From NCBI GenBank assembly GCA_002780805.1, contig PEUD01000002.1:1-26721 (forward strand): DNA of 26,721 bases, in the 5' to 3' direction. Positions 8,649 through 17,031 of this stretch are shown here, in pieces. The number at the start of each line of letters is the position of its first letter. Position 1 is the first letter of the stretch. Position numbers and translations under genes: made by a program. This DNA is from Candidatus Omnitrophica bacterium CG02_land_8_20_14_3_00__42_8 (GTDB taxonomy: Bacteria > Omnitrophota > Gorgyraeia > Gorgyraeales > Gorgyraeaceae). The notes beneath the pieces are model-generated. The model saw only the letters and a list, made by a program, of their open reading frames with translations. It was not told where the DNA came from and did not search any database.

Positions 8649-9522
8649 GGCTTGAAACCTCCAAAGCTATTTTATCATTACATAACAGATAATTACAAGG
8701 ATTACCGTCTGTTGTAATGTTTTTCATATTTTTGAGCGTTCCATTTTTTTCATCAATATAGAAATACGAATAACCCTTACCCTTTAATATCTGCTCAACG
8801 TTAACGGCAACCCCGCTGTTTAATATCTCCATTAGCATTGTTGGCTGCATCTGGCCCAGGTAATCCTCTATGCCTTTTAAAACCTCGGGCTCATGCATTT
8901 CAACATCTATTTTCATTAAATCTATTTTGGATATGCCTTTCTGCTTAATATATGTAGAAAGCCTGGCAACCTGAATTTCGGACTCAACAACATCTGTACC
9001 GGCAGGCATCATATTTTTATTTACTGTTACAGAATATACATGATCCGCGTTACTGTCGTATATAACCGCTTTCCCGTCGTAGCTGGACAGCGCCAGCTCT
9101 TCGCAGGTAATGTCATAATTATTCAACCGGCAATTCATTTTCAGCCTTTGACAAACCCTTTTTATCGGCTCAAACGCGTAGATTTTAGATGCGGGATTAA
9201 CAGTCTTGGCAACCAAGGAATACATCCCTGTATTTGCCCCCACATCCAGGATACAATTTGATATCCTGGACAAAGCTATCCACAACTTTATTGATTCTTT
9301 TTCCCAGTTTCCGCTAAGCCCTGACCAAAAAATATCATTCTCAATCTGATAGCCAAAATGGTGTACTTTAAAACTTTTTCCATCCAGGCCAACCTTAAAC
9401 GTGCCTTTAAAATGCAAATGCCTGTAAACAGATTCTGGCGGCTTATAAAAAATTTTGAGCAGCGAAAACAACTGTTTTTTAAAAGGCATAATGTTATAAA
9501 TAATCTTTACTATTTTTTTCAT
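8638..9522 (-). CDS. FkbM family methyltransferase
   Basis: ILDVGANTGMYSL, IYAFEP, ALSSYDG, IDLMKIDVEMHEPEVLKG. Confidence 0.9.
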   Translation of the reverse strand: MKKIVKIIYNIMPFKKQLFSLLKIFYKPPESVYRHLHFKGTFKVGLDGKSFKVHHFGYQIENDIFWSGLSGNWEKESIKLWIALSRISNCILDVGANTGMYSLVAKTVNPASKIYAFEPIKRVCQRLKMNCRLNNYDITCEELALSSYDGKAVIYDSNADHVYSVTVNKNMMPAGTDVVESEIQVARLSTYIKQKGISKIDLMKIDVEMHEPEVLKGIEDYLGQMQPTMLMEILNSGVAVNVEQILKGKGYSYFYIDEKNGTLKNMKNITTDGNPCNYLLCNDKIALEVSSHGL

Positions 9523-9523
9523 T

Positions 9524-10939
9524 TTAATTGATTTTTAAAATCGATAACGCGCTAAGGTATCTTTTTATGTCTTCTAAAGTCCTGATTTTCGATATCCTGC
9601 CCGCTATATAAGAAGGCCGTTTATAAAAAGACGCATAGGCCTGTCTTTGAAAAGATTGGAGCTTATTTAAACCGATGTTTCTATTCACATAGGAGGCCAC
9701 TTTACCTGTAATAAGGTATTTTGAATAATCCGCTTCCAGCGCATCTTCGCCTTTGGCTATCTCGTACAGCCTTGTCCCGGGGTAAGCCTGCGGCAGGTAA
9801 AACGTCGCGTAGTCAATACCGCTTGAAAGCGCGAAATCAACGGTATCTTTGACTGTTTCCTCTGTTTCTCCTGGAAAACCCAAAATAAAAAATGCCCTTA
9901 CTTCCATACCGGCTCTCTTTACCATTTTTATGGCTTCGGACGCGGTTTTAACGGTAATACCCTTGCTGATGGCTTTTAGTATATTATCGTTGCCGCTTTC
10001 TATACCGAAGTCCACTGACCAGCAGCCCGCGGATTTCATATGCTTCAGCATATTGACAGTAATCGTGTTGACCCTGCCGTTACAGCTCCAGAGCAACCCG
10101 TATCTTTTGATTTCATCGCAGAAATCAATTGTTGTTTTTTCATTCATCGTAAAAACATCGTCCCAAATCCTTAATTCCTTTGTTTTGAATTTTTTTGCCA
10201 GCCTGTCCACCTCATGCATTACGTTTTCTATGGACCTTGATTTCACAGAAGGCCCGAAAGCCCCGCGGTCGCAGAATATACACGAATACGGACAACCCCT
10301 TGCCGTCAATATGGACCTTACAGGCGTTCTTTTATAACTTGAAGGCGTCCTTTTATATTTGGATAAAGGCAGATATTCCAACGCTGGAAAAGGCAGCGTA
10401 TCTATGTCCTTCATAAGCTTTCTTGGTGAATTTATATGGCATTTGCCGTCGGGGCTTTTCCAGAGTGTCCCGTCAATGTTATCTGTATTTCTTTTTTCAA
10501 TAATCGCCCTCACCAAGTCCAAAAATGTGTGTTCGCCTTCGCCGTAAACTGCAAAATTAAAAAGATTGCTGTCATTAAGCAGATATTCGCCCAGGCCAGC
10601 ATTCACCATACTGTTTACATGCGGCCCTCCTATAACTGTTATCGCGTCAGGCTGTATCTCTTTAATTAATGATAAATTTTTCTTTGTCGTATACCAGTCA
10701 GGCGTATATGTACTTATCCCAATAATATCATATTTTTCCTTCAACAGAAATGCGCTGAAAGCAGCACTGTCATACCCCTCCGCGAGACAGTCCAGCACCT
10801 CAACATTATAGCCGGCCTGTATTAAGACCGCCGCTAAATAAGCGATGCCTAAAGGCTCTGAAACAGTAAATATTTCATCAATGGCCTTTATTGAGGACGG
10901 ATTATATTCTCTTGTCGTTGTACAAAGTAGTATCTTCAA
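9524..10939 (-). CDS. Cobalamin-binding domain radical SAM protein (class B, BchE/HpnJ-like architecture) #1
   Basis: EPLGIAYLAAVL, DIIGIS, IGGPH (B12 domain); TARGCPYSCIFC (CxxxCxxC); WDDVF; FGIESGN; FILGFPGET; AYPGT. TTG start with an AGGT RBS. Confidence 0.92.
   Translation of the reverse strand: MKILLCTTTREYNPSSIKAIDEIFTVSEPLGIAYLAAVLIQAGYNVEVLDCLAEGYDSAAFSAFLLKEKYDIIGISTYTPDWYTTKKNLSLIKEIQPDAITVIGGPHVNSMVNAGLGEYLLNDSNLFNFAVYGEGEHTFLDLVRAIIEKRNTDNIDGTLWKSPDGKCHINSPRKLMKDIDTLPFPALEYLPLSKYKRTPSSYKRTPVRSILTARGCPYSCIFCDRGAFGPSVKSRSIENVMHEVDRLAKKFKTKELRIWDDVFTMNEKTTIDFCDEIKRYGLLWSCNGRVNTITVNMLKHMKSAGCWSVDFGIESGNDNILKAISKGITVKTASEAIKMVKRAGMEVRAFFILGFPGETEETVKDTVDFALSSGIDYATFYLPQAYPGTRLYEIAKGEDALEADYSKYLITGKVASYVNRNIGLNKLQSFQRQAYASFYKRPSYIAGRISKIRTLEDIKRYLSALSILKIN
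10322..10357. repeat. Two near-identical 15-mers with 21-bp period inside radical SAM #1 (YKRTP twice)
   Basis: AGGCGTTCTTTTATA (10322-10336) and AGGCGTCCTTTTATA (10343-10357); protein KYKRTPSSYKRTPVRS. Confidence 0.6.
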
Positions 10940-10954
10940 TTTTACCTGAAAGTT

Positions 10955-11629
10955 TTATAAATTAAAAACATCCAAAAACAGCCTCCAGAAGAACAAATAT
11001 GCCTTTCTGTAAGTAGGCAACTTGGAAACGCCCCATTTTCTTTCATATTCATGAGTAGCTACCTCTGCGACCCTGTATTTCTTCTTAAGGCACTGCACTA
11101 TCATGTGCTGTTCAACATCAAAATTATTAGCCCTTAATTCAAGTTTCAATCCGACATCTCTTTTTACAGCCCTAAACCCGTTCAGGCATTCAGTGAGATT
11201 TACCTTCCATAGATAATTGATAATCAAGGTTAAAAGCCCCCCGCCAACGCTGCGCAAATACGTATCAATATCGCCTTTCCATTCATCGCTTCCGCCCTTG
11301 TGCCTTGAGCCTATCACCAAATCCGCCTCATTTTTCACTATTGGCTCTATCAACGCCGGAATCTGCGACGGATCATGGGAGCCGTCGGCATCCATAAAAA
11401 CAACTATATCCATTGCTGCTTCTTTTATGCCGACTTTATACGCATCCCCCTTGCCTTTTTTATTGTCAGAAACAACTTTGGCCCCCGCAGAAGAAGCGCA
11501 TTGGGAAGTTTTATCGCTTGAATGCCCGTCTACCACTATAATCTCGTCAGCAAAATTTTTTGCTGATTCTACCAGACGGGATATGCCGCCTTCTTCATTT
11601 TTAGCCGGTATTACCAATGAAACAGTCAT
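10955..11629 (-). CDS. GT2 glycosyltransferase, DPM1-like polyprenyl-phosphate sugar synthase (soluble, about 224 aa)
   Basis: MTVSLVIPAKNEE, VVDGHSSDKT, KKGKGDAY, FMDADGSHDP, DLVIGSR, LNGFRA, FDVE. Start placed at ATG 11629 (ATGA overlap with the upstream stop) rather than the track's 11641. Confidence 0.9.
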   Translation of the reverse strand: MTVSLVIPAKNEEGGISRLVESAKNFADEIIVVDGHSSDKTSQCASSAGAKVVSDNKKGKGDAYKVGIKEAAMDIVVFMDADGSHDPSQIPALIEPIVKNEADLVIGSRHKGGSDEWKGDIDTYLRSVGGGLLTLIINYLWKVNLTECLNGFRAVKRDVGLKLELRANNFDVEQHMIVQCLKKKYRVAEVATHEYERKWGVSKLPTYRKAYLFFWRLFLDVFNL

Positions 11630-12894
11630 AAGCGCCCGCACCTGGATCTATTAAAAAATATAACAGCTCCTATTCCCAGAAGAAACCAAAAATGCCGCAT
11701 GGTCAATATATCAACGCTGAAACCGGCTATCAAAAAAGCTATTACGCCTAACGCGATAATCCTGGCATCTCTTTTAAAAAAGGCATTTTTTATATTAAGC
11801 CATAGAAATAACAATGTGGCAAATAACCCCAATATGCCTGTTTCTGACGCCCACCCCAGATATGTGGAATGTGGATCTTTTGTCTTCCATTCAATATTAT
11901 CGGGGTCAGGCAGCACCTTTTTGGCTTTATCCCAATCCACATAATTAACAAGATTATAATTATACCTGCCAAGGCCCACGCCGACAACAGGATGGTCTTT
12001 CCACATCTTTAAAGCCGCCTCCGATAAAATCAGATATTCTGATTTTTGTGTATTTATTTTAAACGGCTTAAACTCTACCGGAAACACCCAGACAGCCAAG
12101 GTCATAAAAGATAATACAAGAAAAATACAGGCTAAAAATAACGCCGGTATCTTCAGCAAAATATATTTTTTCCCCGGATATAAAATAAATAAGCTCGAGG
12201 CGGCTAATAAAAATACGGGCCCGAGGATCCTGCTTTTAGTCAGCAAGGCTGTAAAGAGATGCAGCGATAATACAAAAATATAAAAACCATAATCCTTGGC
12301 CCGCGCCATCCTGCTTTTTATTATCATAAAAATAAACGTTATGCTTGTTATAAAATATGCGGCAAACATATTAGGATTTTTAAGCGTAGAGCTTGCCCTG
12401 AGATAAAATTGCGCCTGATGGGGAATGCTTGATATTTTGTCAACAGACTGTATTTGCGGCGTCAGGATATTCAAAGAACCTGAAAATAAACCTGCTATAT
12501 AGCCCAAAATCCCTATGACGCACACGACGCTGCTTACCAACACCCACACACGGATACACCTGCACAGATATTCATCTTCTTTTATTAATAATACGGCGGA
12601 AAAATACAGCGCTACTAAATACACTGTTGCCGCGTATTCTATAATTTCCCTGGAATCAAACCCGTTAAAAACCAAGGAAATAAAAAATGAGAACAATAAA
12701 AAAGCCGCGGGCAGCAAAAACGGCACGCTCATTTTATCTTTTGCTTTTATGTGTTCGTATATAAAAAATAACAAAAATACGACAAATAATACATCGCAAT
12801 ATTGTATCTTGCTCCCGATAAAAGGCAGTTCAGGGACCTTCATGACAGGCAGCAATATAATATAGAATAAAAACAGTATTTTACTGATTTTCAT
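11626..12894 (-). CDS. O-antigen ligase / Wzy_C family membrane protein
   Basis: About 10-12 hydrophobic segments; RASSTLKNPNMFAAY, LLTKSR, MWKDHPVVGVGLGRY, DPHSTYLGWASETGILG (the H..Y.....E.G..G motif of WaaL/Wzy_C). Confidence 0.85.
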   Translation of the reverse strand: MKISKILFLFYIILLPVMKVPELPFIGSKIQYCDVLFVVFLLFFIYEHIKAKDKMSVPFLLPAAFLLFSFFISLVFNGFDSREIIEYAATVYLVALYFSAVLLIKEDEYLCRCIRVWVLVSSVVCVIGILGYIAGLFSGSLNILTPQIQSVDKISSIPHQAQFYLRASSTLKNPNMFAAYFITSITFIFMIIKSRMARAKDYGFYIFVLSLHLFTALLTKSRILGPVFLLAASSLFILYPGKKYILLKIPALFLACIFLVLSFMTLAVWVFPVEFKPFKINTQKSEYLILSEAALKMWKDHPVVGVGLGRYNYNLVNYVDWDKAKKVLPDPDNIEWKTKDPHSTYLGWASETGILGLFATLLFLWLNIKNAFFKRDARIIALGVIAFLIAGFSVDILTMRHFWFLLGIGAVIFFNRSRCGRL

Positions 12895-12903
12895 TTGATT
12901 AAA

Positions 12904-12908
12904 ACCTC
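12904..12908 (-). promoter_or_regulatory. Shine-Dalgarno GAGGT for the O-antigen-ligase-like gene
   Basis: The minus strand reads TGA TAA TGAGGT TTTAATCAA ATG; 9-nt spacing to the ATG at 12894. Confidence 0.6.
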
Positions 12909-12912
12909 ATTA

Positions 12913-14757
12913 TCAAATATAACCTTTCACCAGGTAATAGGCTATGCCTAAATATTCATGCATAATGGCTTTTATCTGCTCCAGCCTTACACCTCTGGAC
13001 CTGTCATAAAACTGGCTGTTACTGACAGGGGCATACACCACCCTGACACCGCGGCCTGATTTATCAAATACCGCCTTTGCCCTTCTCATATTATAAGGCG
13101 ACGTGACAAGTAAAACGGTTTTATAGTTATTCTTGTTCAGGATATTTTTTGAAAATATAACGTTTTCATAAGTGCTGTTTGCCTTTTCCTCTAAAATAAT
13201 ATCCTCTGCCGGCACACCCATAGAGAGAGCGAAAAGTTTCATGTTCTGGGCATCGTTGTATATATACGTGTATCCTGATGAAAATATCAACTTATTCGCG
13301 TACCCTTTGTTGCGCAATTCAACGGCATATCTGGCCCTCTCAATAGTACTCTTACCGGGGCTACCTGTTTCTCCGACCCCGCCTCCAAATACCACTATCG
13401 CGTCAGCCTTTTGCGGCATTTCAGAAATTCTTAAAGGGCTTGCCAAAAACCAGATAAAGGGCGTTGTAAACAGTAAAAAATAAACCAGCGCGCAAACAGC
13501 GCCGAAACGAAATACCTTTCTTCTGGCAACCCTGTAAAAATTAACCAGGTTTTCCTTCCACATGGCTTCCATATCCGTTGTTTTTCTCTCAATTTCAGCC
13601 TCTATCAAACTACTCATATTCTCTATGCGCGCCGCCCAGCTGTTCTGGCTGGCAACTTCTATTCTAACCCCTGCTAAAGAATCTTTATTTTCATTAACCG
13701 TTTGCGTAAGATATTTATCAAATTTCGCGCTGTCATCTGCTACATACACAACATTATTGTAAGTCCTGTTAAACGATATAACCTCAGGCAGGGATGTGGA
13801 TACAACCGCCTTACCCATTGCCAAATATTCATTTAATTTTGTCGGATAGACGTTTTTCGTATAATCAGTGATAGCGTACGGGATAATGCATGTATCAAAA
13901 TATTTGATGAATAGCGGCAGTTTCTGGTGGTCTTTTTTGCCCAGGAAATAAACATTCTTGAAAAGCGAAAACAGGGTTATATCAGTCTGCACAGGCCCTA
14001 TAAAAACAAAAGAATATTCCGGGTGCGCCTCTGCCAGGCCTTTCACCAGGCGCTGGTCGATCCATTTGTGCACACCGCCTATATAGCCGACTATCGGCTT
14101 TTTAATGCCAACCAGCTCCTCCGGCATCGGATCCTGCCCAAACAGGGCCTTCTGGAACTTGTCAAAATTTACGGCAAAAGGGAAACTATACACCTTGCTG
14201 TTATATTTAGAACAGTAGTTGTACAATTCCGCAGAGGTCACAAAAACCAAATCCGCTTTTTTTAACAATCTCTCTTCTGAGCGCTTTATCTTTTTAGCTG
14301 AAGCTGAACTGACGGCAAAACTATCAATACAATAATAAATAAATATTTTTTTCTTCAGATTATCCGCTATATCAAGACTTAAAGGGGTCGGCAAAAATGT
14401 CCATACGACAGGATCGCTGAAATTCATCGCCTTCATCCACTTTTCCAATGCGGAAAGGATTAAACGCCTGTTTATCCATCTTACAGCCCTGAGATAAGGA
14501 AACGGAAAAACCAACGGCGAAAATATATACAGGTTATGCGCCTCCTTATTTATACCCCTTGTCCCTTTAAACCAATTCTTAACCCTGTTTCTAATCCTGG
14601 AAAAATCTTTTATGCCCGGGGCCCTTACACCTGTATTTTCAATAAAAAGGACTCTATTGCCGTTTTTAGCAAGGTTGCTCATTATTTCCTGGTGCCCCTG
14701 CCATATAAAATCCCAATCTATGCTGGATATGCAGATAATGTCTTTATTTTTTAGCAT
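12913..14757 (-). CDS. Fusion: TuaH-like GT-B glycosyltransferase + single TM helix + YdcF/ElyC/SanA (DUF218) domain
   Basis: N-terminal: DIICISSIDWDFIWQGHQEIM, RVLFIEN, YYCIDSF, ADLVFVTS, VGYIGGV, FVFIGP, YPTKLNEYLAMGKAVVST. Hydrophobic stretch FGAVCALVYFLLFTTPFIWFLA. C-terminal: ADAIVVFGGG, RARYAVEL, LIFSSG, GVPAEDIILEEKANSTYENV, VLLVTSPYNMRRA, HEYLG. Confidence 0.87.
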   Translation of the reverse strand: MLKNKDIICISSIDWDFIWQGHQEIMSNLAKNGNRVLFIENTGVRAPGIKDFSRIRNRVKNWFKGTRGINKEAHNLYIFSPLVFPFPYLRAVRWINRRLILSALEKWMKAMNFSDPVVWTFLPTPLSLDIADNLKKKIFIYYCIDSFAVSSASAKKIKRSEERLLKKADLVFVTSAELYNYCSKYNSKVYSFPFAVNFDKFQKALFGQDPMPEELVGIKKPIVGYIGGVHKWIDQRLVKGLAEAHPEYSFVFIGPVQTDITLFSLFKNVYFLGKKDHQKLPLFIKYFDTCIIPYAITDYTKNVYPTKLNEYLAMGKAVVSTSLPEVISFNRTYNNVVYVADDSAKFDKYLTQTVNENKDSLAGVRIEVASQNSWAARIENMSSLIEAEIERKTTDMEAMWKENLVNFYRVARRKVFRFGAVCALVYFLLFTTPFIWFLASPLRISEMPQKADAIVVFGGGVGETGSPGKSTIERARYAVELRNKGYANKLIFSSGYTYIYNDAQNMKLFALSMGVPAEDIILEEKANSTYENVIFSKNILNKNNYKTVLLVTSPYNMRRAKAVFDKSGRGVRVVYAPVSNSQFYDRSRGVRLEQIKAIMHEYLGIAYYLVKGYI

Positions 14758-15811
14758 TTTTTAATATACCTATATATTTTTTTGCGTTAATCTCTGCTGA
14801 AAACATTTCCTCAACTGTTTTCCTGCCTGCAAGCCCGGTCGTCCTTCGCAAAGGCACATCCTCTATCAGCCTGGATAGTTTTTCAAACCACTGATCTTCT
14901 GTGGCAGCCAAAAAACCATTTTTCTCGTCTGAAATGAATTCATTGATCATCCCTACCGGAGAAGCTACGACAGGAACGCCTACTGACATATACTGAATGG
15001 CCTTAAAACCCGCCTTACCGTACGCCCACTGATTATCTATTAACGGATATATGCCTATGTCTATACTTTGAAAATCTTCGGCTTCTTTTTCCAGGCTCCA
15101 ATCGTAATTTTCAACTTTTACGCCAGGTACAGAGATATTTTGCTTTGCCCCTACAATCTTCAGAATAAAATCATATTTTGCGCTCAGCCTTTCCATAACA
15201 TTGAATATTATTTTCAGGTAAAAAGCTGTTGTTGGCGAACCTATCCAGCCTATGGTTAAGCGCTCTGATTTTTTTTCGGATACAAAAAACTTTTTAGTGT
15301 CTATTGGCGTAGGCAATATGTGAACCGAATTGTTAAATTTCCTTGCGTATTCCTCCAGAAACCTGTTGGCAACTATAACCACTGAAGACATTTTTATAAT
15401 TGCCCTGGTCTTAGATGGAAATTTCAAAAACCTGTAAAACCTGTTAACAGGGTTATAGTTCGGCAGAAAAATTGCATCGTCAAAATCAAAAATTATCGGC
15501 TTTCCCAACAAATGCATAATCCATTCAAAAACAGGCGGTCCGAACGGGCAGGCTTCACGGTGTATAAATACAACGTCATACCTGTGCGCCCTGATAATAT
15601 CCAAAAAACGTATCAAGATAGCTTTTATAAAATAATCTGTCTTTTTGCAAAAATTGCCCTTTACGTAAAGTATTCCATAAAATTTGTCAAAAGCAAACGG
15701 GCTGATATCATAATCTATATTTTCCGCTTTTAAATACGGAAAATACTGCTCCACCCTGAATCTATTGCTCGGGCCTTTTGAGGAATATGGCACTATAAAT
15801 AATACTTTCAT
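14744..15811 (-). CDS. GT4 family glycosyltransferase
   Basis: MKVLFIVPY, SNRFRVEQY, IIFDFDDAIF, IGWIGS, KAGFKAIQYMSVGVPVVASPVG. Confidence 0.92.
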   Translation of the reverse strand: MKVLFIVPYSSKGPSNRFRVEQYFPYLKAENIDYDISPFAFDKFYGILYVKGNFCKKTDYFIKAILIRFLDIIRAHRYDVVFIHREACPFGPPVFEWIMHLLGKPIIFDFDDAIFLPNYNPVNRFYRFLKFPSKTRAIIKMSSVVIVANRFLEEYARKFNNSVHILPTPIDTKKFFVSEKKSERLTIGWIGSPTTAFYLKIIFNVMERLSAKYDFILKIVGAKQNISVPGVKVENYDWSLEKEAEDFQSIDIGIYPLIDNQWAYGKAGFKAIQYMSVGVPVVASPVGMINEFISDEKNGFLAATEDQWFEKLSRLIEDVPLRRTTGLAGRKTVEEMFSAEINAKKYIGILKNAKK

Positions 15812-17031
15812 TTTGTGAGCTCGCTGTATATCCTGCGATAACTATCTGCGCCCATTTCCAGCGACAGATACTTCCGGGCTACTGCGCGGCACCTGCCTGC
15901 AAGGGTTTTACCTTCCTGCAACAATTCAAATAATTCTTTAATCTTATCCATGTATTCATTTTTATTGAAGTCTTTGATTACCACCCCTACGCGATTATCC
16001 CTGACCAGCTCCTCTGTATCTCCGATTCCGGAATTTATAATAACAGGCTTTCCGCAGGCTAAAAATTCGCCAAGCTTAATAGGGGATGACCCAAATTTTT
16101 TATACGGATTTATAAAAAATATGCCTGCGTCTGCGCAATTCAGTAAAACCGGTATCTCCTCATATAAGGGATGGATAAAATAGGCCTTTTGGCTGTCTAT
16201 ACTGATTTTCTTTTTGTTTAACACCTCTATATCATCCTGCGTCAAAATCAAAAATTTTAAATTCTGATTTTTGCCGGATGCGCATTCAAAAAAATCCATC
16301 ATTTCTTTTATTAAATAAAAAGTGCCCAGCTTGCCGGGATAGATAAACAGCATATCTGCCGTTATACCGTATTTTTTAAGCGCATCTTTCTTACGGATGT
16401 CGCTATAATCCCCGAATCTTTCCATATCAACGCAGCACGGTATAACAGATATGGAGATATTTTTGTCTTTAAAGTATCCTGTATCAGCGATACTGCTTCT
16501 GTGCTTTTCTGTCAGAACCACCACTGCATCGGTTTTACTGAACAGTTTTTTTTCTGCGGCCTTGACAAGGTTAAAAAACACCCCGGCTTCCTTCCACAGC
16601 CCGCCGCCTACGTATTCTTCTGCCAGGAGCCCCCTTGTGTCAAATATAAACTTAAACCCTAATATGCGCGGCAGAAATAAGGCTATAACTCCAGGCGTCA
16701 CGCCCCTTACATGGATAATCCCGAACCTATGCCTGGCCGCTAGATATAAAGATACAAAAAAACCTGTTATTACGTCAAAAAAAGTGGATATTTTATCGGG
16801 ATACTTGTGGTAAACAAGCCATTTCCAGGTAATCCCGTAATTTTTCAGCTCATCGCCTATACGTTTCAGCTCTCCAGGCGTATATTTCTCCAGGTCTTTC
16901 TTCTTTTCAAACGTCAGCAGGACAAATTTATACCCGTCTTTTGAAAGTATTTTAAGATAGGGCGTAACCTGTGATGGCAAAATACTTTCCAGCAGGCCGT
17001 TATAAGAAATGTAAAGGACCTTTTTATTCAT
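15808..17031 (-). CDS. GT4 family glycosyltransferase
   Basis: KVLYISYNG...SQVTPYL, IIHVRG, IFDTRGLLAEE, VIPCCVD, YPGKLG, SSPIKLGEFLACGKPVI. Confidence 0.9.
   Translation of the reverse strand: MNKKVLYISYNGLLESILPSQVTPYLKILSKDGYKFVLLTFEKKKDLEKYTPGELKRIGDELKNYGITWKWLVYHKYPDKISTFFDVITGFFVSLYLAARHRFGIIHVRGVTPGVIALFLPRILGFKFIFDTRGLLAEEYVGGGLWKEAGVFFNLVKAAEKKLFSKTDAVVVLTEKHRSSIADTGYFKDKNISISVIPCCVDMERFGDYSDIRKKDALKKYGITADMLFIYPGKLGTFYLIKEMMDFFECASGKNQNLKFLILTQDDIEVLNKKKISIDSQKAYFIHPLYEEIPVLLNCADAGIFFINPYKKFGSSPIKLGEFLACGKPVIINSGIGDTEELVRDNRVGVVIKDFNKNEYMDKIKELFELLQEGKTLAGRCRAVARKYLSLEMGADSYRRIYSELTK

Noticed and set aside
11790-11987. Alternative-frame minus-strand ORF (65 aa) within the ligase-like gene
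   Set aside because: The main frame contains the conserved HPxxGVG and H-x-x-Y motifs here; there is no independent support.
15843-15870. Hairpin TATCTG-CGC/GCG-A-CAGATA near the end of a GT4 gene
   Set aside because: Bulged 9-bp stem inside the CDS with no U-tract, and the next gene overlaps via ATGA; not a credible terminator.
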